Shown here piece after piece: positions 48,377 through 59,700 of a stretch of 64,000 nucleotides of DNA (position 1 is its first letter; each line of letters starts with the position of its first letter). Source of the stretch: Staphylococcus phage LY01; the sequence record OR836606.1. One strand, 5' to 3'. The notes beneath the pieces are model-generated. The model was not told the origin of the DNA, searched no databases, and saw nothing but the letters and a program-made list of their open reading frames with translations. A program made the translations under genes and the position numbers.

Positions 48377-49025
48377 TGTATTTTTCTATTAATTTGTTAA
48401 ATGTAATTGGGCCAACTTCTCCATCTTGTTTAAGGTTATTATCTTTTTGGAATTGTAATAATGATTCTAACATAGTTCTATCGAATATATAGTTTTTACT
48501 ATCATATTTATTGACAGAATATCCTAGACCATACAATGTTATTCCTACTACATTAACGTCATTTCCTGTCATGTTTTCTTCTCTATACATAAGCAATCTA
48601 TAATAATTCCCTTTTATTTGTCTTCTATTAGGAATATGAGGTTCTTCAGGTTTATATTTTCTTGGAAGATGCATGTCATAATAGTATGGAAATTTAGGAT
48701 TTCCATTATGGAATTTAAGTAAAACTCTGTCATATAATTCAGGTTTTCTTAAAGGTTTATCAAGATCATTATTCATCAAAGGTTGACAAACTAAATAATT
48801 TCCAATATCAATATTCTCAGATATATTTAAATCTTCTATATTGATAATATTCGATGCATATAGGTTTCTTTTGATATTTCTTGGGGAATCCTGCAAGTTA
48901 GTCATTATCAGCTCAAACACAAATAGCTTAACTTCATATTTTGTATCAAAATCTGAGTTATCTATAACTACGGCTTCAAAATCCCTTCCGAAGTCAAATT
49001 CTTTAAACGATTTTTTATAATTCAT
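48357..49025 (-). CDS. putative cell-wall binding protein with C-terminal peptidoglycan-binding-like domain (222 aa)
   Basis: C-terminal ITLYGLGY...LQFQKDNNLKQDGEVGPITFNKL resembles the PG_binding_1 repeat (GxxxxLQxxLxxxGxxxGxxT). Confidence 0.45.
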   Translation of the reverse strand: MNYKKSFKEFDFGRDFEAVVIDNSDFDTKYEVKLFVFELIMTNLQDSPRNIKRNLYASNIINIEDLNISENIDIGNYLVCQPLMNNDLDKPLRKPELYDRVLLKFHNGNPKFPYYYDMHLPRKYKPEEPHIPNRRQIKGNYYRLLMYREENMTGNDVNVVGITLYGLGYSVNKYDSKNYIFDRTMLESLLQFQKDNNLKQDGEVGPITFNKLIEKYNAISYC

Positions 49026-49094
49026 AGTATCTTCATCAATGCTCCTTTTTTCTATAAATTTTTTCTATAATGTAAGTACTGGAGGAAAACGCTA

Positions 49095-49313
49095 TTGATA
49101 CAGCTTATTATCCTTTGCCTCTTAATATATTTCTTATTGATAAGTCTACCATTAATTATAAGAACTAAATTAATTCTTAATTATTTAGAAGACATATCTA
49201 TAAGAATTAATATAATAGAAAAAGAAAATAGAAATCAAAGAAAAATAATAGATAAATTATCTACTTTTAATGAAATCTTGTTAGAAGAGATAAAAGAACA
49301 AGATAAAAAATAA
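49095..49313 (+). CDS. small membrane protein (72 aa)
   Basis: N-terminal hydrophobic segment IQLIILCLLIYFLLISLPLII. Terminator follows. Confidence 0.35.
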   Translation: MIQLIILCLLIYFLLISLPLIIRTKLILNYLEDISIRINIIEKENRNQRKIIDKLSTFNEILLEEIKEQDKK

Positions 49314-49318
49314 ATATA

Positions 49319-49356
49319 CCACAACGATATCAATTTATCGTTGTGGTTATTTTATT
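49319..49356. terminator. bidirectional rho-independent terminator
   Basis: CCACAACGATA ... TATCGTTGTGG stem with U-rich flanks on both strands. Confidence 0.55.
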
Positions 49357-50191
49357 AAATATAAATAATATATTCTATATCTAATCCATCTGATAAGTTC
49401 TTCAAAGAACGACTATCAAATGTAAGTCTTGTAGCCAATTCAGTACCATCAAATTTATTTTCATTTTCATTATATTTAGCTAACCATAAACCTAACTCAT
49501 TTACAATAGAACCTCTAGCTTCATCTGGTTCCACTGACATTTTTAATGAAAATGCAACTGATCCATCTTCATTATCAATAATCCATCCTTTTGAATCTCC
49601 AAGAGGATTTTCTTTAGTCGCATTAGTAAAACGTTTACCATAGAAACTAGTAGTTCCATCTTGTTTATCTTCAGGGAGATAATATTTTTTTCTCTGTTCT
49701 TCAGATAATTCTTCAATCATACTAGGATTATTTGCAGTTAAATCGGAATTTTCTTTATCCGGATTTTCTACTACAAATGGAATTGGTCTGTTTAATTTTT
49801 GATCTGAATACTTAACCGTATAAGGTGAAAAGGCGGCATTGTTAACATCCGCACCACCTGACCCAATTGAAAATAAACAAATTGTACGATCAGGGGTATC
49901 ATCTGCATTATAATTTGAAGGTACACCTTTACCAAATAATTTTTCTAATAACCAAACACGAGTTCTCATTAAAACTAAATTTTCTTCTTGATGTATTAAT
50001 TCACCCGTTTTAGGATTAGAAAATTTAACAATACCTTTAATATAATTCCCGATATTTTCTTTAAAATCTGATTTGTTATCAATAGCATTAGACACTCTTG
50101 ATTCTACTCTTGAGCTTATCTCATCTATTTTTTCTTGTTCCATAGCTTTACTTTCAACAAGTCTTCTTGAAAATCTATCAAAATTAAACAA
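49355..50191 (-). CDS. hypothetical protein (278 aa)
   Basis: ORF downstream of the 854-aa ORF on the same strand. Confidence 0.5.
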   Translation of the reverse strand: MFNFDRFSRRLVESKAMEQEKIDEISSRVESRVSNAIDNKSDFKENIGNYIKGIVKFSNPKTGELIHQEENLVLMRTRVWLLEKLFGKGVPSNYNADDTPDRTICLFSIGSGGADVNNAAFSPYTVKYSDQKLNRPIPFVVENPDKENSDLTANNPSMIEELSEEQRKKYYLPEDKQDGTTSFYGKRFTNATKENPLGDSKGWIIDNEDGSVAFSLKMSVEPDEARGSIVNELGLWLAKYNENENKFDGTELATRLTFDSRSLKNLSDGLDIEYIIYI

Positions 50192-50195
50192 GCTT

Positions 50196-52760
50196 TTAAT
50201 CTCCCTTCTTAACTATTGAGAATTTCAGTTCATCTCTAATCTCAATATTTTCTTTTCTATTAATTTTGTCAGTAATATTTTTATTATCAAGCGTATTTAT
50301 TTTATCTACTTTTTTAGAGTTTCCATTATATTTAATATTAGATTCATCTATCAAATTTATACTATTTTCAAATTTATCATCTAATTTAAATAATAGACTA
50401 GTATAAATTAAATCAGTTGAATAGGATTTAAATAATGTAATTAAAATAGTGATATAGTCTCTGATAAAATTAACTATACCTACAAAATTACTATTAGTAA
50501 AATACTGTTCTTTTAAATTTAAATGGTTATCAATACTGCTGACTAATTCAAAAATCCGTTCTCTAAAAATAGTTTCTCTATCAAATGTATCTTCATCGTA
50601 TATTTCCGATTCTACAATAGTATAATAATACAAATCAGGTTCTTTAAATTTAAGATAATCTGAATAAGTCTTAAAACCATTAAATACATCATTACTAGAA
50701 TTATTAATAAATAGTTGTTTATGCAGTGTAATAAATTTTTTTCTTAAATGTGGATCATCTGCATTATATATTAGTTCTTCTAGTTCTTTACGGAATTTCT
50801 CATTATGTTTATACATATCAATAATATCATAAATATTTATTAAGTCTTTATCAGAATCATCGTAAACTAATATATCTGAAATATATGATTTTAATGCAGG
50901 ATATCTAGATATTTGTTTTTTAGAAGTGTATTGATTATTTTTAATTGAATAATCTATAGATTTCCTAATTGCATTAACTATATTTTCGATAGTTTCTCCA
51001 TTTTTATTATCTTTATATCTTTTATATGATTCATTTAAAAATCTAACATTCATAACTTTAACAAAATCTTTTAATTCTTTATCAATTGAATCATCTTCAA
51101 TCATTATTTTATATACATCTTCTCTATTAATTCTTCCATCTCTTACCATTACATTTAAGAATTTCTTATATATTTTCATAAAGTTTTCATAATAAGAAAT
51201 ATTTTTAAATAAAAAGTTTCTTTCTGGTTTTGATATTTGAGTCCATAAATATCTCATGCCATCAATGATTAAATCATTTTCAATATAATATTCTAATTGT
51301 GTTGATCCATTTTCACCAGTTAGCATTTCAGAAATAAATTTAAATTGTCTTTGAGCTAAATCAGAAGATTCATATTCATTTATAATATCTTCATAACTTA
51401 ATGTATTTCTATTTTTAAATTTCTTAATATTAAGAAAATTTAGTTCTCTAGCAAAAACGATATAATCCGATTTATCAAATTGTCTAGAATAAATATAACT
51501 ACGAATATCATCTACAGTTTCTTTTATATCTGAATTAAAATTATACGCATATATATTCATATTTTTATCATTTTTAATTCTATCATTCCATTTAATATAA
51601 TTTATGACAAGAGTATTAAGCGTAACAATTCCGTCAAAAACATTAAACTTCCTAGAACTAATTCTTGTATTAGTCATATTAAAACTATCATCTTCAATAA
51701 TATTTTTATCTTCTTTCATTGAGTTAATTAAACTGTATAGAAATGATAAAGATTTACTATTATTAATTATATCTATGACAGCATCAGTAGAAAGATATTT
51801 AGTTTGTATTACGTTAAATGCTTTATCCATAATTTCTTCTTTAGTATTTCTCCAATATGGATCAAGATCAACAATTTCATTGTAACTATACTGATTATCT
51901 TTATATGGATTAAAATTGTCATTTACATTGGTTTTATAAAATTTTAAATCATTTGAATGTTTAGCTAAGTAATATTTATTAATATCAATAGAATTAATAG
52001 AGAATATTTCTTCAATTATAGGAAATATTTCATTAGTGCCTTTATTTCTAATTAATTCATTTAATCTCTTGTAAGTTCTTCTTTGATATTCAAGCGGGAA
52101 CTCGTCAAAATAATCCAAACCATTAGATATAAATGCATTTTTAAGATCCCTCTTTGTATATCTATCAACATCAAATATTCTATACATAGTTTTATTAATA
52201 TATCTATGTAAAGTTGCATTAATTAGATACATATAAAACATTTCTCTGTAATATATTTGATTATTAAATGCTCTAGTGTGAGTTACTTTTTTAAAATATT
52301 CAACTGATTCTGTATAGCTTTCCAATAATAAAGATTCTTCTTTACTATCTAGAGTCTTATTAAGTGCCTTTATTATTTGAAAATCACTAGTCGTTCTTGA
52401 ATCGTACGGATCAATATTATATAAATTTTTTAACTTACCATAATATGGATTTTTTTCTTTATATGTTCTTAATATACTATCTCTATCGAAAACTGAATAA
52501 TAATCGTCAAGAGTGTTATCTTTAGCTCTTATATATAAATCAGATTCCATCATTGAATCATTTGATTCTAATTTATCTGCCATTGATTGATCTTTAATAA
52601 TTAGACCTTGACAATACTTAATGACATCATCTAAATTTTCTATATCTTCTTCAGTAAATGCTTTATAAAAATAGAGAGGATTGTATTTTCTTAAATCATC
52701 TTTACTGAATCTATTAAAATCATTAAATTCTATAGCCATTATATCTCTTTTAATCCTCAC
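50196..52760 (-). CDS. large hypothetical virion-associated protein (854 aa)
   Basis: Long ORF with no recognisable motif. Its upstream region is the large AT-rich regulatory gap. Confidence 0.5.
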   Translation of the reverse strand: MRIKRDIMAIEFNDFNRFSKDDLRKYNPLYFYKAFTEEDIENLDDVIKYCQGLIIKDQSMADKLESNDSMMESDLYIRAKDNTLDDYYSVFDRDSILRTYKEKNPYYGKLKNLYNIDPYDSRTTSDFQIIKALNKTLDSKEESLLLESYTESVEYFKKVTHTRAFNNQIYYREMFYMYLINATLHRYINKTMYRIFDVDRYTKRDLKNAFISNGLDYFDEFPLEYQRRTYKRLNELIRNKGTNEIFPIIEEIFSINSIDINKYYLAKHSNDLKFYKTNVNDNFNPYKDNQYSYNEIVDLDPYWRNTKEEIMDKAFNVIQTKYLSTDAVIDIINNSKSLSFLYSLINSMKEDKNIIEDDSFNMTNTRISSRKFNVFDGIVTLNTLVINYIKWNDRIKNDKNMNIYAYNFNSDIKETVDDIRSYIYSRQFDKSDYIVFARELNFLNIKKFKNRNTLSYEDIINEYESSDLAQRQFKFISEMLTGENGSTQLEYYIENDLIIDGMRYLWTQISKPERNFLFKNISYYENFMKIYKKFLNVMVRDGRINREDVYKIMIEDDSIDKELKDFVKVMNVRFLNESYKRYKDNKNGETIENIVNAIRKSIDYSIKNNQYTSKKQISRYPALKSYISDILVYDDSDKDLINIYDIIDMYKHNEKFRKELEELIYNADDPHLRKKFITLHKQLFINNSSNDVFNGFKTYSDYLKFKEPDLYYYTIVESEIYDEDTFDRETIFRERIFELVSSIDNHLNLKEQYFTNSNFVGIVNFIRDYITILITLFKSYSTDLIYTSLLFKLDDKFENSINLIDESNIKYNGNSKKVDKINTLDNKNITDKINRKENIEIRDELKFSIVKKGD

Positions 52761-53279
52761 TTTCTTATTTTATATTTAATAAAAAGTTGTTAAGTAACAT
52801 TATATATTTTATATAATATTTTAATTTATTATAAAGGTATCAGGATAATACATATATAAGAAATCTTCTTACAATTATATTAACTTGATATAGATTTATT
52901 AAAACTTAATATTATAAAGAAGAATTAATATATTTATATTTAAATATAAATATATTAATTCACACTTTTAATTTTTTATAATTAAAGAATCTTTATTAAG
53001 TTAATATAAATTACTGTATTTATTAATTTTATCATAATTTTTTTAATAATTGAATTAATAATTAATTATAGTTGCTTTTGAATAACTATTTAAATATAAA
53101 TTTTTAATAAATTGATATAATAATTATATATAGATTAGTAAATAATAATTTTTAAAAATAAGGGGGATTAGGGGGTAGAAAATTTTTTAATAAATATATT
53201 TTTAATTAATAAATTTTTAATAAATATATTTTTAATTAATAAATTTTTAATAAATATATTTTTAATTAATAAAAAGGAT
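52761..53279. promoter_or_regulatory. 519-bp extremely AT-rich divergent intergenic region (probable promoters/replication-related)
   Basis: No ORFs, ~90% A+T. Isolated G-rich island AAGGGGGATTAGGGGGTAG at 53160-53178. Three tandem 32-bp repeats at its right end. Confidence 0.35.
53186..53275. repeat. three tandem copies of a ~32-bp direct repeat (AATTAATAAATTTTTAATAAATATATTTTT)
   Basis: Exact triplicate visible at 53186-53275, immediately upstream of the ATG at 53291. Related motif at 5075-5110. Confidence 0.7.
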
Positions 53280-53924
53280 TTGATAAATAAAATGAATAAT
53301 ATAGATATAAAATACAAAAGTGATAATATTAATAATAAAGTTAAATTAAATAGAAATAATAGAATCAATAATATATTAATTAAAAAAGATTCAAATAATA
53401 ATACAACATTAGTAAATAAAAAAAGTAAATTTCAAATATCAAGTTTATACTTTGAAATAGAATCAGAAAATAGTTTAAAGAAATTTATTAAGAATGTAGA
53501 AGGATTGGTAAGAAGATCAAATGAATATAAAAAGTATTTATCAATATTAAAAGAAGAATATAATTTAAAAAATGATATAACAATGTCAAATTTATCGGAT
53601 GATATGGTTACAATGGAATATCATCACTTTCCTTTTACATTATATGAAATTGTAGAAATAGTAGTTAATAGAGCTATTATGGAAGACGAACAATTCACAT
53701 CAATAGATATAGCAGAAAGAGTTATGAAATTACATTTCGATAATAAAGTAGGCTTAGTATTATTATCCAAAACAAATCATCAATTAGCTCATGCAGGTAA
53801 AATTATCATTCCACTATCTTCAATATTTGGTAAAGTAAATGAATTTGTTTCGTATTATAAAGACTATATGTTAGATCATCAAATAGAACAGTATAATGAA
53901 TTATTAGACGCTTCAAATATATAA
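53280..53924 (+). CDS. hypothetical protein (214 aa)
   Basis: ORF following the repeat array. Confidence 0.5.
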   Translation: MINKMNNIDIKYKSDNINNKVKLNRNNRINNILIKKDSNNNTTLVNKKSKFQISSLYFEIESENSLKKFIKNVEGLVRRSNEYKKYLSILKEEYNLKNDITMSNLSDDMVTMEYHHFPFTLYEIVEIVVNRAIMEDEQFTSIDIAERVMKLHFDNKVGLVLLSKTNHQLAHAGKIIIPLSSIFGKVNEFVSYYKDYMLDHQIEQYNELLDASNI

Positions 53925-54004
53925 TAAAATTATAAACATTATTTAAATATATATTATATAAATGAGATTAATAATAGTTAAATAATCTTAAATAATTTTT
54001 ATAA

Positions 54005-54808
54005 ATGGAGATGAAATGGATAATGGAAGAATTAAACCAAGCAATTGAATTATTTAATAATGACTTAGAAAGAATTAATGAAGATATTTCAAATGTATTA
54101 ATGAAAGAGATGAAAGAAGAATCTAATAGAAAAGAATTAGAAATCTTAGAAGAACGATTAGGTTCAACTGGAGATAGTAAAACATTTAGAGATTTTTATA
54201 GTATGAAAATGATTAGAAGAAAATCAGATAATATTACTGGTTTGTCATATTCTGATTTTATTAAATTCTTTACTGATGAAAATGAATTAAACAGTGAAGA
54301 AAATTTTGCAAGAAATATTATGGATTTCTTATCTATGTCTAGAAGTGTAAATATTAGTGAATTTCTTCCAGAAGGACAAAGTAATATTAGTGAAAGAGTA
54401 TTTGCATTAATGTTAAGTTATACCGATGAAAATATGGGAACTAATTTAAACTTTCAAGAAATATATAATATAATTTTAGTGACTTATATTGATTTATTTG
54501 TATACTATAATAAATCAGATTTAATTAAAGGTAATGATATCACTAAAAAAGATAATAAAATTATTAAGAATTTTTCAGATTCAATTATTAATGAATTTTT
54601 AAATGAATCTATTAAAGCCATGCAAGCTAGTGAAGCTATTAAAATTAATTCAAGAAAAATTCCTAAGAATATTAATCCGATAGAAATGATATCTTTAGAA
54701 CAAATAGGCAAAATTAAAGCTGAAGAAGCTGAAGGAACTTCTAAAGAATTAAATGCTAATATGCTTTTAGTAAAAACTATTCTTGAATATAGAGCTAATG
54801 TAAAATAA
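54005..54808 (+). CDS. hypothetical protein (267 aa)
   Basis: ORF with RBS-like AAATGGAG upstream. Bidirectional terminator downstream. Confidence 0.5.
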   Translation: MEMKWIMEELNQAIELFNNDLERINEDISNVLMKEMKEESNRKELEILEERLGSTGDSKTFRDFYSMKMIRRKSDNITGLSYSDFIKFFTDENELNSEENFARNIMDFLSMSRSVNISEFLPEGQSNISERVFALMLSYTDENMGTNLNFQEIYNIILVTYIDLFVYYNKSDLIKGNDITKKDNKIIKNFSDSIINEFLNESIKAMQASEAIKINSRKIPKNINPIEMISLEQIGKIKAEEAEGTSKELNANMLLVKTILEYRANVK

Positions 54809-54815
54809 TAAAATT

Positions 54816-54860
54816 GAGGTAACTATCATTAATTTGATAGTTACCTCTAATATTTTATTT
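54816..54860. terminator. bidirectional rho-independent terminator
   Basis: GAGGTAACTATCA ... TGATAGTTACCTC stem with T-runs on both sides, between convergent genes. Confidence 0.6.
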
Positions 54861-54863
54861 TTT

Positions 54864-56126
54864 TTAAAATATATCCATTTTGTATAAATCTTTTTTTCTT
54901 CCTTGATTTATTAATTCATTTATCATATTAATCTTACGTGTATCTGTATACATTACAAGTGTATGAACTTTATTATCTTCAGGTTCTTTTACAATTAATT
55001 CAAAAGTATCATAATCAACAAAATATTCATTTTTACTCATAGGTTTATTATTCTTAAATAGTTTAAATTCTACAATTTTTTGAATATCTCCATTAATTTT
55101 ATTAATCTCTTTAATTGAGTTTATAACATCTTTTTCCAATATTTCTTCAATCTGAGTTGAATCAAATTTAACATTCATTTCAGTATTAAAGTTTCTTTCT
55201 AATAGTAACTTCATTCCTCTTTCATTCTCTTTAGGAATCATATCTTGTAAAATAGCAATATCAAATTGTAAAACATCATCTGAAATTGAATCAATTTCTC
55301 TTTGAATATTAAAGTCATCTTCAATTTCTAATATATAGCTACCAGGTACCCACAATTCAGCAGATATCGCATATCTAACCGAAGCTGATTTATTTATTAA
55401 ATTAGTTATTTCTTTTTCATAATTAGTTAAATCAGGGTAATTTAATAATATATTAGTGGTATAATCATAAGTATATTTTTCTTTGCCTGTAGATAAATCT
55501 TTTTTATTAGTAATTGGACCTAATCCATTTGTCATTAAATAATCATTCAATTGCATTCTATCTTTATTGTTATTAATATCTAAACCTAATTTTCTACATA
55601 TATTAACAATAAATATCTCTGGTAATTTTGTTGGTATTCTTATTCCGTTAGCGTAATTATATCCACCATTTTCAAATGTTTGATTAATGTGATTAAGAAC
55701 ATTCCAAGCGCCCATTTCTGTTTGTAATAATATACCATAATTAAATACTATTTTATATCTTTGAGGTACTGTATATATTCTAATTCCTCTTGTATCATCT
55801 TCAAATATTAATCTATAATTTCTTTTAAGATTTTTCATTATAAATCTATCAGTTTTATGCCACATAGGTAAACCTGACATAAAACCATCTCCTAATTCAA
55901 ATTGAGTATTCATTGATAAATGAGGAAATCCTCTTTTACGTTCTTTCATATCTTTTAATGAATTTGAATTAAGGGAAGTATTTACATAAGTTGAAACAAA
56001 AAAATTGCTAGGGAACATTGATTTAAAATAGTTCCACATAAATGATTGCACTCCTGATATAACGCTAGATAATGAAGGCGATGCAGTACACATGGAATAA
56101 CCATTTTCTTTTCCTAAATGAGGCAT
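54864..56126 (-). CDS. hypothetical protein (420 aa)
   Basis: Long ORF. No diagnostic motif. Confidence 0.5.
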   Translation of the reverse strand: MPHLGKENGYSMCTASPSLSSVISGVQSFMWNYFKSMFPSNFFVSTYVNTSLNSNSLKDMKERKRGFPHLSMNTQFELGDGFMSGLPMWHKTDRFIMKNLKRNYRLIFEDDTRGIRIYTVPQRYKIVFNYGILLQTEMGAWNVLNHINQTFENGGYNYANGIRIPTKLPEIFIVNICRKLGLDINNNKDRMQLNDYLMTNGLGPITNKKDLSTGKEKYTYDYTTNILLNYPDLTNYEKEITNLINKSASVRYAISAELWVPGSYILEIEDDFNIQREIDSISDDVLQFDIAILQDMIPKENERGMKLLLERNFNTEMNVKFDSTQIEEILEKDVINSIKEINKINGDIQKIVEFKLFKNNKPMSKNEYFVDYDTFELIVKEPEDNKVHTLVMYTDTRKINMINELINQGRKKDLYKMDIF

Positions 56127-56243
56127 ATATCTCTACCTACTTTCTATTAGTTTCATAATAAATAAAATGTTGAGTAATTTTTTAAAATGCTATAATAACT
56201 TAATTTATATTATAAATATTAATTTAAAAGGAGTTTTCTAAAA

Positions 56244-56666
56244 ATGGTAGAAACAATTGAACAAGTTACAATTAAAAATAAAGATTTGCAAACTGTATAT
56301 GATGTGTTATTTAACATCCCACTTAATGGTAATAAATCTAGACATAGAACTAAATTTGTAAATAATATCAAAGAGGCGTATGAAGAATATGCTAAAGATA
56401 GACAAGATATGATTAATGAATTTTCTAAAAAAGATGAAAATGGTAATATTATTAAAGATCCTAAAGACTCAAGAAGTATCATCCTTAATATAGATGAATT
56501 TCCGAATGCTAAAGAAGATATATTGGCTATTGATGAAGAAAAAGCAGTAATTGTTGTTAGAGATAAATATATTTTATTAGATATTATTGATAATATGGAA
56601 ATTCAACTATCAGGGGAAAAAGCTATTATTATTGATACGTTAGCTGAACAATTAGAAGAATATTAA
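56244..56666 (+). CDS. hypothetical protein (140 aa)
   Basis: ORF with RBS AAAAGGAG upstream. Confidence 0.5.
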   Translation: MVETIEQVTIKNKDLQTVYDVLFNIPLNGNKSRHRTKFVNNIKEAYEEYAKDRQDMINEFSKKDENGNIIKDPKDSRSIILNIDEFPNAKEDILAIDEEKAVIVVRDKYILLDIIDNMEIQLSGEKAIIIDTLAEQLEEY

Positions 56667-56720
56667 TAATTGATATGAAACACATTAATATCAATTAAAT
56701 GAAAGGATGGTGAATTAAAT

Positions 56721-59700
56721 TTGATTAGTATTCTAGATAAAGAACGTAAAAGAATTGAAGGTAAATTAGTTTCAGGAACTTTTGAAAATGTAATTTCCTA
56801 CGAGAAATTAGTATATGATTTTAGTAAGAAAACTGAAATCATTAACATTGAATTCAAAAGTAAAAACTATATTTCAGAAAATACACATATAATTATTAAA
56901 GATGAAAGCAAGAATAATTCTGAATTTGTATGTATTAAAGAAGATGGTTTAAAATCTTCATTAATCCCTGCTTATGTAAAAGATTTAAATAATATTTTTA
57001 TGAATTCCAATAAAGAATTAAAGGGACAATTAAAATCAATATTGAGTACTTTATTACTAAATACAGGATATAATATCGAGTATAATGATTTGGTTGTTGA
57101 TGAAGAAATTACTTTATCTAAAAGTAATAAATCAGTATTCGAAAAATTATTGGATATTTTATTTGAAAAAGATTTATCTATTAGACATAAGTATGATATT
57201 AATACAAATGAAAGAGCTTTAATAATTAATAAAGGTAAAGATTTAAGAAAATCTAATCCTAAAGAAATTTCTGGTAGAATTCCTGGTTTTGAATTTAATG
57301 TAGATAAACCAAATATTAAAACTGGTTTAATTATGTATAATGAAAATAACGAATCTATTACCGTTAAAGATTCATTAAACCAAGCTAGATTTATTAAAGA
57401 TGAAAATTATATATTTGATACTATGGAAGTTAAAGGAAAAACCAGAGATGAAATGGAAGAAATCGCTTTTAAGTACCTCAATGACAGTTCTTTGAATGCT
57501 ATAGATTTAAAAATGACTGGTTTAGTATTAAGAAATTGGACTAACTGTCATTATAATAAATTTATATCAAGTCAAATATTCATCAATTATAAAAATATAA
57601 AACCTGAATTAATCGCAGGTTTTCAAATATATAAATTAGAGAGAAGTTTATTCGATTACAATATAGAGAAATTTAACTTCTTTGCTAAGTATAAAAATTC
57701 TAATGAAATTTATAAACCTGAAATGTTAGAGAATTATACTAAATATGCTAATGATGACATCTTTATTAAAGACAATACATCTTCTAAAAATAATAATGTT
57801 AAATTAGTTGAATCTTTAGTTAATAAACAATTAGAATCATTTAAAAATTATATTAATGATATTAGCGGTGATAAATATAATGGCGTAGATGGATTAAGTG
57901 TATTGCAATCAAATAAAGAACTTAATTTTGATGCCATTATTTCCGATTTTAATTTAATTAAATCTCAAAAAGATCAAGTTGTTAACCAATTAAAATCTAT
58001 ATTTGATTCAGCTTATCTTAAAGAAGATTCAATTAAGATTCAAGTTAGAGATAAAATTAATGAGATTGATAATGAATTTAATAAAATTAAATCTGAAGTT
58101 AATAAGCTTAATAGGGCCGACCAAAATGAATCATTAATGAAAGATATTAATAAATCTTTTGTAGAATTCTATTTTGTAGTTAATAGTACCAAACGTATTA
58201 TTGAGTTATCTAATGAAGCTATTAATTTGGAAATGAATAAACTTCAAAATGAATATTCTCATGGCATTAAAGATAGTGTGTTTTCTGAAATTGGAAGAGT
58301 TTTAGGATTATCTTATGATAGTAAAACTCAAAAATTAACAGGAGATATTAATGTAACTGAAGATATCAATGAAGTAAAAACTTCTTTAGAATTAATGAAA
58401 ATTAAAGTTGCTAGAATTGAAAATGAACTTAATGATTCTGATAGAGAACTAAAAGAAAGCTTAATTCAATTAAAAGAAAATATATCAAAAGTATTAGGTT
58501 TACCTCTTAACTCTGAATCTGGTTTAATAGATGGTACTATAGATAAACAGGATACGTTTGATCTTATCCAAGAACATATTCAAAAAACTAAAGATGAAAT
58601 TGCTGAAACTAAATCCAACTTAGAGAATGCTAAAACAGAATTAGAAAAACAAAAAGATGAATTAGATCAAAAATCTAAAGACATAGATAAAGCTATGGCT
58701 GAAGCTAATAGAGTTAGAGAAGATTTAGGTCAAGAATTAGAATTATCAAAGAAAGAATTTAATTATTACATGGATTCTCGTGGAGATAATTTAATTTTTA
58801 ACGGTAATGCAGATCAAGGAGATGAATCAAACTTTCCTGGAATGTATTATGATAATTCAGATGCCTTCCAATCAGCAGCTTCATTTAGAATGGAAGGATT
58901 TAACGCTACCGTTTCTTCTGAAAGATTAATACCAATTAATCCGGAGAAAACATACAAACTCTCTATGTTTATGAAAAATAATACTTCTCTTCCTTCTTCT
59001 ATAGGTCATTTAAGTTATGATAAAGACGGACAATTGATAGAATCTCAACATGTAATGGGTAGTGAGAAACCTGTAATTGAACTAGCTCAAGAATTAAGAC
59101 AAGGAGATAAAGTTATTTATTTCAAAAGTCTTGATGGTCTCGATGACACTTATAGATTTCAATCTGCACCTTTAGAAGATGAAGATGATACACCTGTTTA
59201 TGATTATGATAGAGGTGGATCGGTTATATTACCTAGTGATGCAGACGATATTCTTTCTATAGATGATCCTAACGCATTACCTGATGAAGAAGATAAAGTG
59301 ATATATGCAGATGATACTCCTGAAGAAGATAAAACTATAGAACCTGATGTCCCGATGCCTGATTCTGATCAACCAGTTGAAACTAATTCAACACCTTTAG
59401 ATGAAGAAGAAGCTATTAAAAATATGACTAATAACTACAACGTATCTAATGCTGGAATTATTAATAGAAATATTAATCCTAATTTAACAGATTATAATGA
59501 TAATCATTCATTAGTTATTTGGAATTTCAAGAGTAATGATGGTTATAATTATGGAGAATCAACATATTCTAGAAATGTATTCATGAACGGTTGGGATTTT
59601 GGAGCTATTGATAGAGAAAATAATTGTATCTATTTAAATAGACCTTTTGATTTAATTAACTATGATTCTGAAGATGGAAGTTTCCCTGCTGACACTAAAG

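Noticed and set aside
53168-53368. 66-aa minus-strand ORF, and possible CRISPR-like array, over the 32-bp tandem repeats
   Set aside because: The repeats are directly adjacent with no unique spacers, and the ORF is a translation of the repeat itself. Neither a gene nor a CRISPR array.
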